DNA of 64,000 nt, from NCBI GenBank assembly GCA_964016885.1, contig OZ024741.1, positions 206,026,001-206,090,000 on the forward strand. Reading direction: 5' to 3'. This document shows positions 11,801 through 24,950 of this stretch, one piece after another. The notes beneath the pieces were generated by a model, which was not told the DNA's origin, ran no database searches, and worked only from the letters and a program-made list of their open reading frames with translations. Position 1 is the stretch's first letter, and every line of letters starts with the position of its first letter. The position numbers were made by a program, and so were the translations under genes. The stretch comes from Eledone cirrhosa. Its lineage: Eukaryota.

Positions 11801-14800
11801 TACATAGGTCTAGCATAGGCTGTCCACAATTCAAGATAGTCAGCTACACGGACCACAAATTCGTGATCTGTGTGCTTGACTTAGATAGGCTTCATAGACA
11901 AGGACCCGGCTACTGGAAGCTAAACGCGTCCTTACCAGCGCGCAAGGCCTACAGAGACCGGATTAGCGAACTAGTTAAGCGGGCGTTGACGGGGGCCATC
12001 GTCAACAACAAGTGGTGGTTTGCTCTGAAAAGAGCAATTAGAATAGAGTCCATTAGGTTTAGTAAGGCTTTAGCAATAGAGAAAAATAGAGCAGAGGAAG
12101 AATTAGTTAGAAAATTAGACGAGGCGCTTTGCAAAGGCATCGCGACCGACGTACTTGCGGCGAAATTGGCCCTTGACCAATTCTTCAATGCAAAGTACGA
12201 AGGCTGCGTTGTCAGAGCTAGGGTGCGTGCTCTCAGACACGAGGGGACGAAAGCCGTTCAATGGGCCCGAGTGGCGGAGGCGCGTCGTGGGTACAAAGCC
12301 ACGATCCGGTCTTTGGTGGACCACGACGGGCGCATGCTACTCGATGCCGGGAAAATGTGTGAGGCTTTTCAGCGACACTTCGCTCAACTGTTCGGGGGCA
12401 GCGGCGGGCCGGATCGAGGGATGGACTTTAGTGTCTACCTCGACGGACTGCCGCGGCTCTCGGCCACTGAGGCGGAGTGTTGCGAAAAGCCGATAACAGC
12501 CGCTGAAGTACGGGAGGCAATGACTGGCTGCACAAGTGGTAAATCGCCTGGTTTGGATGGTCTGCCCTATGAACTTTACGTACAAATGCCAGACTTGTTC
12601 GGAGGCCTCTTGGCGGACGTCTACTGCAACTGGCAGCAGAACGGAAGAATTCCCAGCTCTGTGAGCCGAGGAGCGGTGGCGCTGCTGAGAAAGGATCCGA
12701 ACAAGAGGGATAACATAGATAATTTTATGCCCATAACTCTGCTAAACACAGAGTTCAAGATTTTGGCCAAGGTGCTAGCAAAGAGGTTGGCGCTTGTCGT
12801 TGGTGGTCTGGTGGGAGAGGCGCAGACATGCGCCATTCCCGACAGATCCATCCACGACAACCTCCACCTCATGCGATACATCGTAGAGAGGGTAGCTAGG
12901 GAACCTGACACGGGTCGGTCTTTGATAAATTTTGATCAGTAGAAAGCCTTCGATAGGGTCGACCATCGTTACCTAGCGGCAGTCCTGAGGGCGGCTGGCT
13001 TTGGGCCCGTCTTCAGAAGCTGGATCGCTGCCATGCACAGCGACATCTGCTCTGTGGTGAGAGTGAACGGTCACCTTTCGGAACCGTTCAACATCATGCG
13101 CTCGGTCCGCCAAGGATGTCCCCTCTCGTCCCTTTTGTACGTATTGACTCTCGAGCCATTACTGCACAAACTGGAGACGTTGAGGGGGGTCCCGCGCGAA
13201 CTAGGATGCGGAAGATCCGTGTCAGCATATGCGGACGATGTCACCGTAGTGGTGTCGAGCGCCAAACACATCGAGGCGATCGGCACTACACTAAGAGAAT
13301 ACGAAGCGGTGAGTGGAGCAATGATCAACCAGGAAAAGTCAGTGGGCCTGCAGCTCGGCACCGGAGAGGCAGGTCCGTGCCGTCCAACAGCGTCGTCGGG
13401 CGCTGGACGGATGGACCGGTTAAATTGCTAGGGGTCTGGTTCAGTCCGGACCTCCAGACGGACAAAAACTGGGACGAGGTGACGAGCATGGCGGCTTCTC
13501 TCACCCATAAATGGGCCGAGAGGAAGCTATCCTTGAAATGTCGAGCGGAGGTGGCTAACGCGTACATCGCGTCTGTCATCTGCTACCGCCTGACCGTCGT
13601 ACCTTGTCCTAAGCCTCGCCTGACTGCGCTGGAGCGTTTGCTCTTTCGCTTTTTGTGGAAGGGACGCGCTCCGATGGTCAGGCAGTCCATCTGTTGTCAA
13701 CACCCGCTACGTGGAGGGCTGGGCATGCCGTGGCTGATGATGCGCAGGCACGCGCTCAGGCCACGACATCTCCACCTCTTCCTCGACGGTGATCAGGTGT
13801 GGTCGTCCTTTGCTAGACACGTATTTCCCCAGCTCGTTTCCTTGACGGAGCTGCAGTCCTGGGTCAAGCGAAGACCGAGAGGGAGCGCCTGGAGACTGGA
13901 ATGTCTTCAAGCGCTCACAGCCCTCGACCAATCGAGCAATGTGATCGGTGGAAACTCCACCTCGGCGTTCTATAGAGGATTAGTGGAGGGGAAGAGCGAC
14001 GACGTACTTGGGGAAACTCTAGGCGTCGACGAAAATCAACTAGCCAATCTCTTCGGAAGAACTTTCGGGCCAGGGCCTATGGACAACTTCCAGAAATCTC
14101 TGGCCTGGCAGTGCTACCGAGGAGACTTGCCAGTTGGGGATAAAATCTACAGGCATGGAGGTGCCGTCAGCCGGGCATGTCCGAGATGCGCGCAGGGCGA
14201 CGAAACCGTCCTGCACGCACTCGTCCAGTGTCCGAAAATTGCTGACTTGTGCGTTTATGTTGAACACCTGCTGTCGCGTGTAGGACGGATCCGGCTATCA
14301 CCTGAGTCCATCGTGAGGATTGCCCCGCCCTTCTCCTTTAGCCGGGAAGGGCAGGCAGTTTTTATCTGTCTGGTGGCCATGGCGAAAGCGATAGTATCGT
14401 GGACACGTTTGAAAGGGCTGAAGACAAGCACTTACCTCTTCGGTGATGCTCTGATTGACTTTTTCAAATTTCATTTGAAAAGGAAAATCAGAGTAGAGAG
14501 GGAAGTGCTCTCTTCCCAGCATTTTGTTGAAAGATGGGTGAGAGCAGCAAGAATGGCCCGAGTGAATGGGCCTACTCTGAGTATATATCTGTAAATTAAA
14601 GGTGGAAAACTGGGAGAGGGCACTTGCCTTGGTGGTCAGGGTCACTGTGGCCTTTTACTGGGCTTTCTCCACAAATGTCCCTCCGAAGTCTCCCCCTATT
14701 GGGGAATTTTTCATTGTTATTTTTTTGTTACATCCTCTGTTTTTGTTTTTTACACGCAGAAATGCCCATTTGTACCGTACTGTATTGTCCTTCACTGTCC

Positions 14801-14842
14801 TTAATGTCTACTTTATGTAAACCCTTGTGGTTAATAAAGAAA
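8890..14842 (+). mobile_element. Tx1/L1-clade LINE, full length, disrupted
   Basis: ORF1 remnants 9101-11141 include a CVVCGEGTH knuckle near 10224. ORF2 carries APE and RT. The element ends in AATAAAGAAATC plus (TTA)/(TTC)n, with (TTA)n upstream. Confidence 0.88.
11176..14594 (+). pseudogene. LINE ORF2: apurinic endonuclease + reverse transcriptase + C-terminal CCHC
   Basis: SINARGL, VYAP, SYLDR, YTDH (APE); KSPGLDG, VRQGCPLS, YADD (RT); CPRC..ETVLHALVQC. Stops at about 11659 and 12940 and a frameshift near 13360. Confidence 0.9.
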
Positions 14843-14874
14843 TCATTATTATTATCATTCTTCTTCTTCTTCTT

Positions 14875-14965
<91 letters not shown>

Positions 14966-15416
14966 GGGCGGTGGATTGGCAGTATCGGTAGAGGGTCGGA
15001 CGCCATGCTTTGCAACGTAGAGTTACGCCCCTTTATGATCTGAGTTTAAATCTCGCCGAGGTTAACTTTGCCTTTCATCCTTACGGGGTCGATAAAATAA
15101 AGTACCAGTCACGCACTGGGGTCGATTTAATCGACTTTCCCCTCTCCTAAAATTGCTGGCCTTGTGCCTATATAAGAAATCATTATTATATATATATATA
15201 ATAATTGTTTCTACTTTTGGCACAAGGCCAGCAATTATCCAGTGCATTACTGGTACTTTATTTTATCGACCCCATAAGGATGAAAGGCAAAGTTAACCTC
15301 GGAATTCAAATCCCGCTGAGGTTAACTTTGCCTTTCATCCTTACAGAGTCGATAAAATAAAGTACCAGTAATGCACTGAGTAATTGCTGGCCTTGTGCCA
15401 AAAGTAGAAGCAATTA
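14966..15416. mobile_element. SINE cluster (full + copy, partial - copy, partial + copy)
   Basis: Family core at about 14966-15185 (+), 15203-15302 (-) and 15303-15416 (+). Confidence 0.85.
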
Positions 15417-15426
15417 TTATATATAT

Positions 15427-15541
15427 ATAGGAAAAGAGTCAGGACCCCGACGTCGGAGCTCCGGCCGTTTCGACAGCTAGATCGGATCTAGCAGTCGAAA
15501 CGGCCGGAGCTCAGCCGTTGGGGTCCTGACTCTTTTCCTAT
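15427..15541. repeat. palindrome of about 115 bp
   Basis: ATAGGAAAAGAGTCAGGACCCC...GCTAGATC G GATCTAGC...GGGGTCCTGACTCTTTTCCTAT. Confidence 0.9.
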
Positions 15542-15620
15542 TACCCACTATACTACCCTAAATATCGAGTACTCTAGTATGTCATGGTCCACCTGGTTCC
15601 TTACCACACTTTTCATTGTT

Positions 15621-15721
<101 letters not shown>

Positions 15722-16576
15722 GTGAAAAATAGAACGGGAACAAAACAGAGAGGCAGTACGAACAAAGGTTTATTAGTTTCACGCTCTTGAGAGTGGGGAT
15801 ACATATATATATATATATGCGTGTGTGCGTGCGTGTGTGTGTTGGTGATTCGCGGTGATGGCTGATATCTGTATAGGAAATACTGATGATCTCAGTCCTT
15901 TAGTTGACTAGAAATACATTTTTTTTTATCCAGGCAAGAGAGAATGTTTCTGACTTTTTATGCACCAAAATCCTCTTCACAAAAATAATTGGCTTTATAG
16001 AGTTGCTTCCATGACGTATATCAGATTCGTTATTTTAACTGTCAATTTTATCTGCCAACAACTAACACAACGTTAGATTTAGCTGTTAAAAATCGAATAC
16101 AATTTCCCCAGAGAATTTCTTTGCTGCGCTAACGATTGATTTATTACATTTCCAACCACCGGGTTCCGCATTGTATCAGAGAATATTTTCAATTGAGTTA
16201 GACGAAGTAATTACACGTTAATAACAGACTTCTTTAACTGACATGCTATACTCAACTATTATTTTATTTCTATTTTGATGTCCTACAATGCCTAGTCGTC
16301 AATAGTCTGATGTATTGTTTACTAGCAAACCTTGCAATGTACTTTCAATAAGTTCGAACAGCTATCAAGAGATTCTATTGCATTCTATCAGGTTTGCTCC
16401 TATTCAATATGGAAACAGCACATGCGATGGCTCTGCTGGAACTGCAGAATATCTCAATGGTATTGCTATTGTTCTTTGTTCTTGCTAAATAAATGACATT
16501 TTAGAATTATTTTTCAAATTCTTTCAAGGTATTCATCAACATTTTATTTTCCATTCTGGGGATTCATACACATAAT

Positions 16577-16596
16577 ACACACACACAGACACACGC

Positions 16597-16658
<62 letters not shown>

Positions 16659-16873
16659 TCAGAGACATGCTCAGTCATACAGACATGCACTCACATACAC
16701 ATGAATACACTTATCTCTACATACAGCCACGCGCAGCGCACACACACACTCACAAATAGTGCTTATGTACTCATAGTCTTACACACACACACACACCCTG
16801 ATGCACTCACATGTAGCACACAAAAACGCAAATATTCATACACTTTCTCTCTCCTTCACTCATACATGCACAT

Positions 16874-16951
<78 letters not shown>

Positions 16952-17662
16952 AACCCCATGCATATGTACACATTCATACAAATACTACACATACAAGCGT
17001 ACACACATAAATTCACATACACATACGCACACGCATGCCAAACACTCACTCAGAATTACATGTACAAACGCTCATACAAGCACGCACACATACATACGTG
17101 CACATATACATATGCATACATAAATTCATATACATATAAGCGAATAAACGTACAAACTCTTTATCTTTCTCTCAGAAGGATATACATACACCTACATATG
17201 TATACACACACACATACTTATGCACACACTGACAAATACAGAAACTTTATCTCTCTTTTACATTCACAAATCACACACACACACATACAAGCGTACACAC
17301 ATACATGCACACATACATTTCTATTTTCATGCACGCATTAGCGTTAAATACAACACATACATTTCCATTTCCTTTAGAGATTCACTATCGTCTGTTGTAA
17401 GTGATAGGTCGATCAGGGGTCTCAGTCACTTCCTTTCATGATGTTCATTGATTACTACTACTACTACTACTACTCCCCCCGCCTAACCCTACCCCCCCCC
17501 TCCTACCACCACCACCACCGTCACCACCACCACCGTCACCACCACCACCATAACTACTACTACTACTACTACTACTACAACTACTACTACTACTACTACT
17601 ACTACTATTACTCCCCCCCCTACCCCCCTACCACCACCACCACAGTCACCACCACCACCATA

Positions 17663-17726
<64 letters not shown>
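16577..17726. repeat. (CA)n-derived low-complexity tract followed by (CTA)n/(CAC)n arrays
   Basis: Visible simple repeats. The ORFs here are repeat artefacts. Confidence 0.85.
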
Positions 17727-17727
<1 letters not shown>

Positions 17728-18002
17728 CGTTGGTGTTGGATTTGGGGATTTTCAGACCAATTTCCCTTATCTCTGTAGTATTACAGCCATCCCTTGTAAT
17801 CGATTACGACTTAAAAGAATGGAGCTTGCTTTCGTTAATTGATTTAGGAACCCATGCAGTAGTGAGTTGAGCCAGGTATTTTTTCGGTCATATCTCTCTT
17901 GATCTAACCTAATCATACCCAATTTTTTCACCTCCAAGGGCCATTTCATTTAAATAGTTATTTCCGCTACAATTACCGTCCATCTAGATAATACATCGAT
18001 AA

Positions 18003-18810
18003 TAATTGTTTCTACTTTTGGCACAAGGCCAGCAATTACCCCAGTGCATTACTGTTGCTTTATTTTATCGACACCGTAAGGATGAAAGGCAAAGTTAACC
18101 TCGGCGGGATTTGAACTCAGTACGCAAAGGGCCATAACTCTATGCTGCAAAGCATGGTGTTTGACGCTCTACCGATACTGCCAATCCACCACCCTTATAA
18201 TTAGTAAGCGGTATTGAACCCGAAACCAGGACCTCCACCGTCTCTAATACTTACCACGAGGCCACCGAGACAGCTATAATAATTGTTTCTACTTTTGGAA
18301 CAAGGCCAGCAATTACCCAGTGCATTACTGGTACTTTATTTTATTGAACCCGTAAGGATGAAAGGCAAAGTGAACCTCGGTGGGATTTGAACTCAGAATG
18401 AGACCGCTATAATAATGGTTTCTGATTTAAGCACAAGGTCAACGAGGGGGGAGGGGATTGATTAAATCGACGCCAGTGCGTTACTGGTACTTTATTTGAT
18501 CAACCCCATAAGGATGAAAGGCAAAGCTAACTTCGGTGGGATTTGAACTCAGAACGTAAAGGGCCATAAATAAGCCACAAAGCATGTTGTCCGATGTTCT
18601 ATCGGTCCCGCCCATCCATCGCACATTAATAATTACTAATTGTTTCTACTTTTTGGCACAAGGCCAGCAATTACCCCAGTGCGTTACTGGTATTTATTCT
18701 ATCGACCCCGTAAGGATGAAAGGCAAAGTTAACCTCGGTGGGATTTGAACCAAGAACTCTATGTTTCAAAGCTTGGTGCCTGACACTACCGATACTGCCA
18801 ATCCACCAAT
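18003..18810 (-). mobile_element. four tandemly arranged SINE copies
   Basis: Reverse complement of the family core at about 18003-18196, 18280-18398, 18414-18620 and 18638-18808. Confidence 0.85.
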
Positions 18811-19309
18811 AATAATGGAAAGAGAGGCCTTTTTATGCAAAGAGAAAACGAACACCTAATACAGTGTGCATGTTGTTTTTACTAAGTACTCGAAACGCTA
18901 AACTTCAAGGACCCCAGGCTGGAGACCACTGATCTAACCGAATGTCCATGATGTGAGAGCTGGAAGGAGTTAGGGCTGCTCTAGCATTAGGCTTGTACAT
19001 GCTTTGTCCACCCCCAAAGAATGAAAGACAATGTGGAGCTTACCGTGATTTACAGAGAGCAGAGAGTCGGAACATATAACGCTCTAATGACTCTACAGAA
19101 AAATTATTGTGACCATTGAGAAATTTGTTACTGGTAAATTTTGTGTCAAAACCTTGTTTCTTGCTCATTAAAAGTCATGATGATGTAGGTTTTACTAGCC
19201 AGTCACCAACAATGGGAAGTGGGAGGTGATCCAGGCAGCAAATTTGTTTTGAAGCCTCAATCCTCCCTTTGCTTTTCTCCTAGGAAAGACTCCCCACCCA
19301 CCTCATATA

Positions 19310-19840
19310 CGAGGGGCTTCAAAAAGTTCGTAGAAAAAGTACATAACTAAAAATCATATGCAGGGATTTTGATCCCAATTCACTCGTATGTTCCCGTACT
19401 AACATGTCATAACATGTTCTAACATGAAGCCTTAAATAAATGTCGCAACGCGGCGCGGCCAGTCGGAAGTCAGCATCCACTTGAGCAGCATGGCTTCCAT
19501 CAAAACATCAAATTCACGGTGAAGCTAGGGTGTAAGAGCAGCCAAATCATTGACGCTCTGGAGCAAGTTTATGGGGATAATGTCGCAAAGAAATAATCAA
19601 CAACCTACAAATGGATAAGTCTTTTAGAAGTGGGAGATAAGGTTGAAGATGTAAAAAAAGCTGCTTTGTTATGGTTTAAATCGTATGGCCCTCAGTTTTA
19701 CACAGATGGACTTAAAGGCTGGTATTAACAATTTCAGAAGTGTATTGACCTAGCTGGAGAATTTGTTGAAAAATAAACATCATAACTTAAACCGTTTTTT
19801 CCAACTGTCCTTTTTCCACAAACTTTTTGAAGTTCCCTCG
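19310..19840 (+). mobile_element. internally deleted mariner (irritans subfamily, Hsmar2-like)
   Basis: TA|CGAGGGGCTTCAAAAAGTTCGTAGAAAA ... TTTTCCACAAACTTTTTGAAGTTCCCTCG|TA gives TIRs with a TA duplication. Remnant peptides NIKFTVKLGCKSSQIIDALEQVYGDN and KKAALLWFKSYGPQFYTDGLKGWY*QFQKCIDLAGEFVEK. Confidence 0.88.
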
Positions 19841-20482
19841 TAGACGCAAATCCAACCACGACCAGCACCACAGTTAGGAGAGGCAGTAGTATCAACAACA
19901 GTAATGCAATCAACATACGGAACAAAGAACAACAACACATCCAGCAACAGTAACGATGGAAACAATAGCAGCAGCAGTATCAGCAGCAAGGATAAAGAAA
20001 AAAACCTAACACCACCGACACGAGTTCTATGACACGGTTGAACGTTACAGAACCAACTAGCTCGAGTATAACTACAGTTTTTTAAATTATAAGCCTCACC
20101 TCACAGCGGTGATTATAATTCAAAACCATGGTTATACGTATCTACCTAAAACTTTTCTTAGAATATATAATATACTAGGTTCTGTATTTAATATTGCAGG
20201 ACATTCCTCCGATCATAAATCTGTATGCATGTAGATGCCTACATACACATATATGAACATCCTCGCACATTTTATAACCTCCTACATCATATGATATACA
20301 TTACGTGTTTAGATTCTTATAGACCCCCCCCCCAAAAAAAAAAAGAAAATCATGCTTATTATTATGGATTTCAAAACGGCAGCACGGGTTTCCACCTCGC
20401 TCCGAAGGTGGGTCATTATTCAACGGTTAAAACCTATTTTGGGGTTCTAAAACAGATTCAATTTTGTTTTGTTTGTGACAGT

Positions 20483-20544
20483 TGTCTTAAAAGAGACAAC
20501 TGAATAAGGCCTGTTGGCCTTATTCAGTTGTCTCTTTTAAGACA
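20483..20544. repeat. perfect hairpin, 29-bp arms and 4-nt loop
   Basis: TGTCTTAAAAGAGACAACTGAATAAGGCC-TGTT-GGCCTTATTCAGTTGTCTCTTTTAAGACA. Confidence 0.92.
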
Positions 20545-20639
20545 GAAACCACAGAAAAACATGTTTTAACACAGTAAAAAAGACAACATGGCGTCAAAAT
20601 CTTTTTTTTCTTCTCTTTCACTCTATCTTTCCTTAAAAA

Positions 20640-23600
20640 ACGCACGTGTTTACAGTCCCGTCGCCACCATCACTCAACAAGCATACGGCTACAGGGCGAG
20701 AAACAGCGACAACAACAACAATAACAATAAAAGCTGAGAATACCAGATATTCCGCCAGACATGAACATTTGGGGTATTGTGGGCTGCGTTGTCTTTGGAG
20801 ATCTGGACACACTCCTCAAATGTAAACGCAAATAAAGGAAAAATTGTTGTGGGATGAATCTGGAGCTTCTGCTTCATATATATCCAGACTAAATAGAAAA
20901 GATCCTGGACCAAATACAGCTGCCCAACGGTGTAGACCTCCGAATAAATAGAGAAGGCAACAAACATAAACGTAAATCGACAACCCATTTGAGAGCCACC
21001 TGCCCGTAATAAGCCGGAAACCAGAGGCTACTGCTACTACTAACATCTCGGACTCAGGAGCAGCAGAAGCAGTAACAACAACAACAGCAGTAGCAGCAGC
21101 ACCACCACCACCAGTATGCTACAAATATAGTAACAACAACAATAGAAGCTGAGACAATTACAACAGAAGCTCTACCATTACCAATAACAACAACACCAAC
21201 GACTGTGGAAGACATACCTCACTCTGATGTCACACAGATGGAGTCGGGTTGTGACGAGGGTGAGGAATGGTAAGCCATCTGCCACAAGAACAAAAAGTAA
21301 AGAAAAATCTCTTTGTTTTCGCTCTCAAAAAGATGTAGGGGTGGGGAACATGGGGAAAAGAAAAAAAACTAACGTCTCAAAGCAACAAATGCCAACACTC
21401 ACACAAACATCACCATCACCCCACCACCATCACCATCAACGCCACAACAGAACCCCCTCCCCCGCCAAAAAAAAATAACCCATCCTAAAAACAACCTAAC
21501 TTCCACCCCCAACAACAACAAAAACAAAAAAAAACCCCGCAACAACAACAAAAAAAAACAAACAAACCTAAAACAACAGAACTGAAGAACCACATTAAGC
21601 ACAATACCACAATTACGGATTACATCACCCCCAAAAACCTTACCCTGCCCACATTTCTTCAGGTGCCTAAAAAACTTTCTTGGAACGGTGTCTTAGACGC
21701 ACGCTGGGACTATATAGGATTAGCAGATAGGGAGGGCGTGTAAAATCTTCACCCGTCTGACAGGTACCAACTGAATTTCCCAGATGTGTCGATGTGGACA
21801 TGGTCAAACCGCGCCCGGATAGCCCAGATCGTATCTAGATATGGTATTCTGTAGAGAAATAGATGTCTAATATCAATATTGTCCACAATCAAAGCAGTCG
21901 ACTACACAGACCATACATTTGTGATATGTACGGTCGGCTTAGATAGGATAGACAGGCACGGGGTTACTGAAGCTAAACGCATCGTTTCCGGCGCGCAAAT
22001 ATTACAGAGACTGGATTAATGAATTAGTTAAGAAAGCCTTGATGGGGGCAATCGTTAACAACAAATGGGGGTTCGCCTTGAAAAGGGCAAGTAGAGTAGA
22101 GTAAATAAGGTTTAGTAAAGGAGTTGTGATAGAAAAAATCTAGACTAGAGGGAGAACCAGTTAGAGGCCAATAGAGAAGGCATCGCAGACGACGTGCCTG
22201 CTGTGAGATTTGCGCTTAACGAATTTTTCAATGCGAAGCACGAAGGCTGAGTTGTCAGAGCTAAGGCGCCTGCTGTCAGACTCGAGGCGATGTAAGCCAT
22301 TCGATAAACCCGAGTAACAGAGGCGCGGCGTGGCAACAAAGCCACAATTCGTTTATGGCGAATGACGCCGGGCGCACGGTACTTGACCCCAAGCAGATTG
22401 TGCCGTTTTTCAGCAACACTTCACGCAAATGTTATAGAGCAGTGGTGGGTCAGCTTCAGGGACGGATTTCAGTTCCTACATCAATGTCTTGCCACGGCTC
22501 TCGGCGAGGGGTTCGGTGTGCTGCGAAAAGCCGATTATAGCCAACGAAATATGGGACGTGATGGTTAACTGATCAAGAGATAAATCACCGGATTTGTTCG
22601 GCATTTCTGAGCAGACGTTGACGCCAACTGGTAGCAGAACGGAAGTATTTCCAGCTCTGTGAGCCGAAAGATGGTGGCGTTGCTAAGAAAGGATCCGAAC
22701 AAAGGGGGCTATAAAGATAATTTAAAGCTCATAATTCTGCTAAACGCCAAGGTGTTAGCGACGAGCATGGCGCTTGTCGTTAGTGATCTGATAGGAGAGG
22801 CGCAAACATGTGCCATTCCGGATAGATCCGTTCATGATAACCTCCACCTTATGCAATACACGAGTGGGGTTCTGATCAATAGAGATCAATCGAAAGCTTT
22901 CGATAGGGTCGACCATCGGTACCTGTCGGTAGTCCTCACAGAAGTGGGCTTCGAGCTTGTATTCAGAGGATGGATTGCTGCAACGCACAGTGACATCGCT
23001 TCAGTGGTTAGAGTGAACGGCTACTTCTCGGAACCTTTCAACATTGTGCGTTCGGTTCGCCAAGGTTGTACTCTCTCATCTCTGTTGTATGTGTTGACTC
23101 TTCAGCTACTACTACATATATTGGAAACTTTGAGGCGCAGCCTACGTAAACTAGGATGTAGAAGATCCGTGTCAGCATGTGCTGATGACGTCACCGTAGT
23201 GGTGTCGAGCAGCAAACATATTTAGTTGATCGACACTGCTTTCGAGAAATACGGAACGATAACAGGAGCAAAAATTAACCAGGAAAAGTGGGTGAGCCTG
23301 CAGCTCGGCACCTGGAGAGGCAAGTCCATGCCGTTCAACAACGTCGTCGGGTGCTGGACGGACATGTTAAATTGCTCGAGGTCGGATTTGGTCCCCAAAC
23401 TAGGACGAGGTAACGTGCAGCGTATCCACTCTCACATAGAAATGAGCCGAGAGGAATCTATCTCCGAAAGGTCGGGCAGAGGTAACGAACGTGTACATCG
23501 TGCCTATCGTTTACTACCGACTGATTGTCGTGCTTTCTCCTGTTCTGACCGCACAGGAACGTTTGATCTTTCGCCTTTTGTGGATGGTCAGGCGGTCCAT

Positions 23601-24720
23601 TTACTGCCAACACCTGCTAAGTAGAGGACTAGGTATGCTGTAACTGATGATTCACAAACAAGCGCTCAGGCTACGTCCTCTCCAGCTTTACCTCAACAGT
23701 GAACAGGTGTGGTCACCGTTTGCTAGACGAAGTTTTTCACAACTCTTTTACTTGGCAAAACTGCAGTCTCGAGTCAAGCAAAGACTCAACTTGGAAACTG
23801 GAATGTCGTCAAGCTGCTAATCGAGCAGTGCGATCGGTGGAAACTCCACCTTAGCTTTCTATAGAGGTTTGTTGTCGGGTAAATACAACGACAATCTTGA
23901 GGAATTTGTAGGAGTCGACAGAGTTTTCTAGGAGTTTTCCAGAGGACTTTCAATCCAGGCCTATGGATAACTTCCAGAAATCCCTGGCCTGGCAGTGCTA
24001 CCAATGAGCTTTACCAGTTCGAGATAAACTCTGCAAACATAGAAGTGCTGTTAGCTGGGCCTGCCCAAGATGCGCGCAGGGTGATGAAACCGTCCGACAC
24101 GCACTCATCAAGTGCCCGAGAATTGCTGATCTGTGGGTTTCTGTTGAACACATCTGCTGCCACTCTGTGGGACGGATCCGACTATCAACTCTGTCCATTT
24201 TGAAGATCGACCGCCATTTTCCTTTAGAGTGGAAGGAGAGGCAGTTTTTATTTTCCTGGTGGCTAAGGCGACAGAGGTCGTTTGGTGGACGCGATTGAAA
24301 GGTTCGAAGACAAGCACCTTTCTCTTCGGCGAAGCCATGATTAACCTTTTTAGGTTTCACCTGAAGAAAATGAAAATCAGTGTAGAGAGGGAAATGCTGC
24401 CTTCCAACAAGTTTGTTGAAAGGTGGATGAGATAGGCTAGCATGGTCCGAGTGAATGGGCTTAAAGTGTGTATGAGCCTGTAAATTGGAGAACATATTAG
24501 GGAGGGTATTTGCCCTAGCCGTCAATGTTACCGTGGCCTTTTGTGGGCTTTCTTCATGAGTGTCCCTCGGAGGTATCACCATTTTGGGGAATTTGTTATG
24601 TTTTTATTTTAAATGTTCATTTTAGTCTTCTTTATAAACCTTTCCCTCACACAAAACATCCACACTGTATCGTCCTTATTGTCCACTTAATGTAAGTCAT
24701 GTGTGGCTAATAAAGAAATC
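20640..24720 (+). mobile_element. older degenerate copy of the Tx1/L1-clade LINE
   Basis: 21680-24720 is colinear with 11590-14842 (DQSKAFDRVDH, VRQGCTLS, CADDVT) and ends in AATAAAGAAATC(ATC)n. The 5' boundary is approximate. Confidence 0.85.
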
Positions 24721-24739
24721 ATCATCATCATAATCATTA

Positions 24740-24950
24740 TTGGCAGTATCGGTAGAGCGTCAAACACCATGCTTTGCAGCATAAAGTTATGGCCCTTCAC
24801 GTTCTGAGTTCAAATCCCACTGAGGTTAGCTTTACCTTTCATCCTTTCGGGGTCGATAAAATAAAGCACCGGTAACGCACTGGCGTCGATTTAATTGACT
24901 TTCTCCTTCCTTTCAAATTGCTGGCCTTGAGACTAAAGTAGAAATCATCA
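24740..24950 (+). mobile_element. SINE
   Basis: A/B boxes, family core and 3' end. Confidence 0.85.

Noticed and set aside
17767-17949. 60-aa minus-strand ORF in non-repetitive-looking DNA
   Set aside because: No recognisable motif and no convincing splice-site pair.
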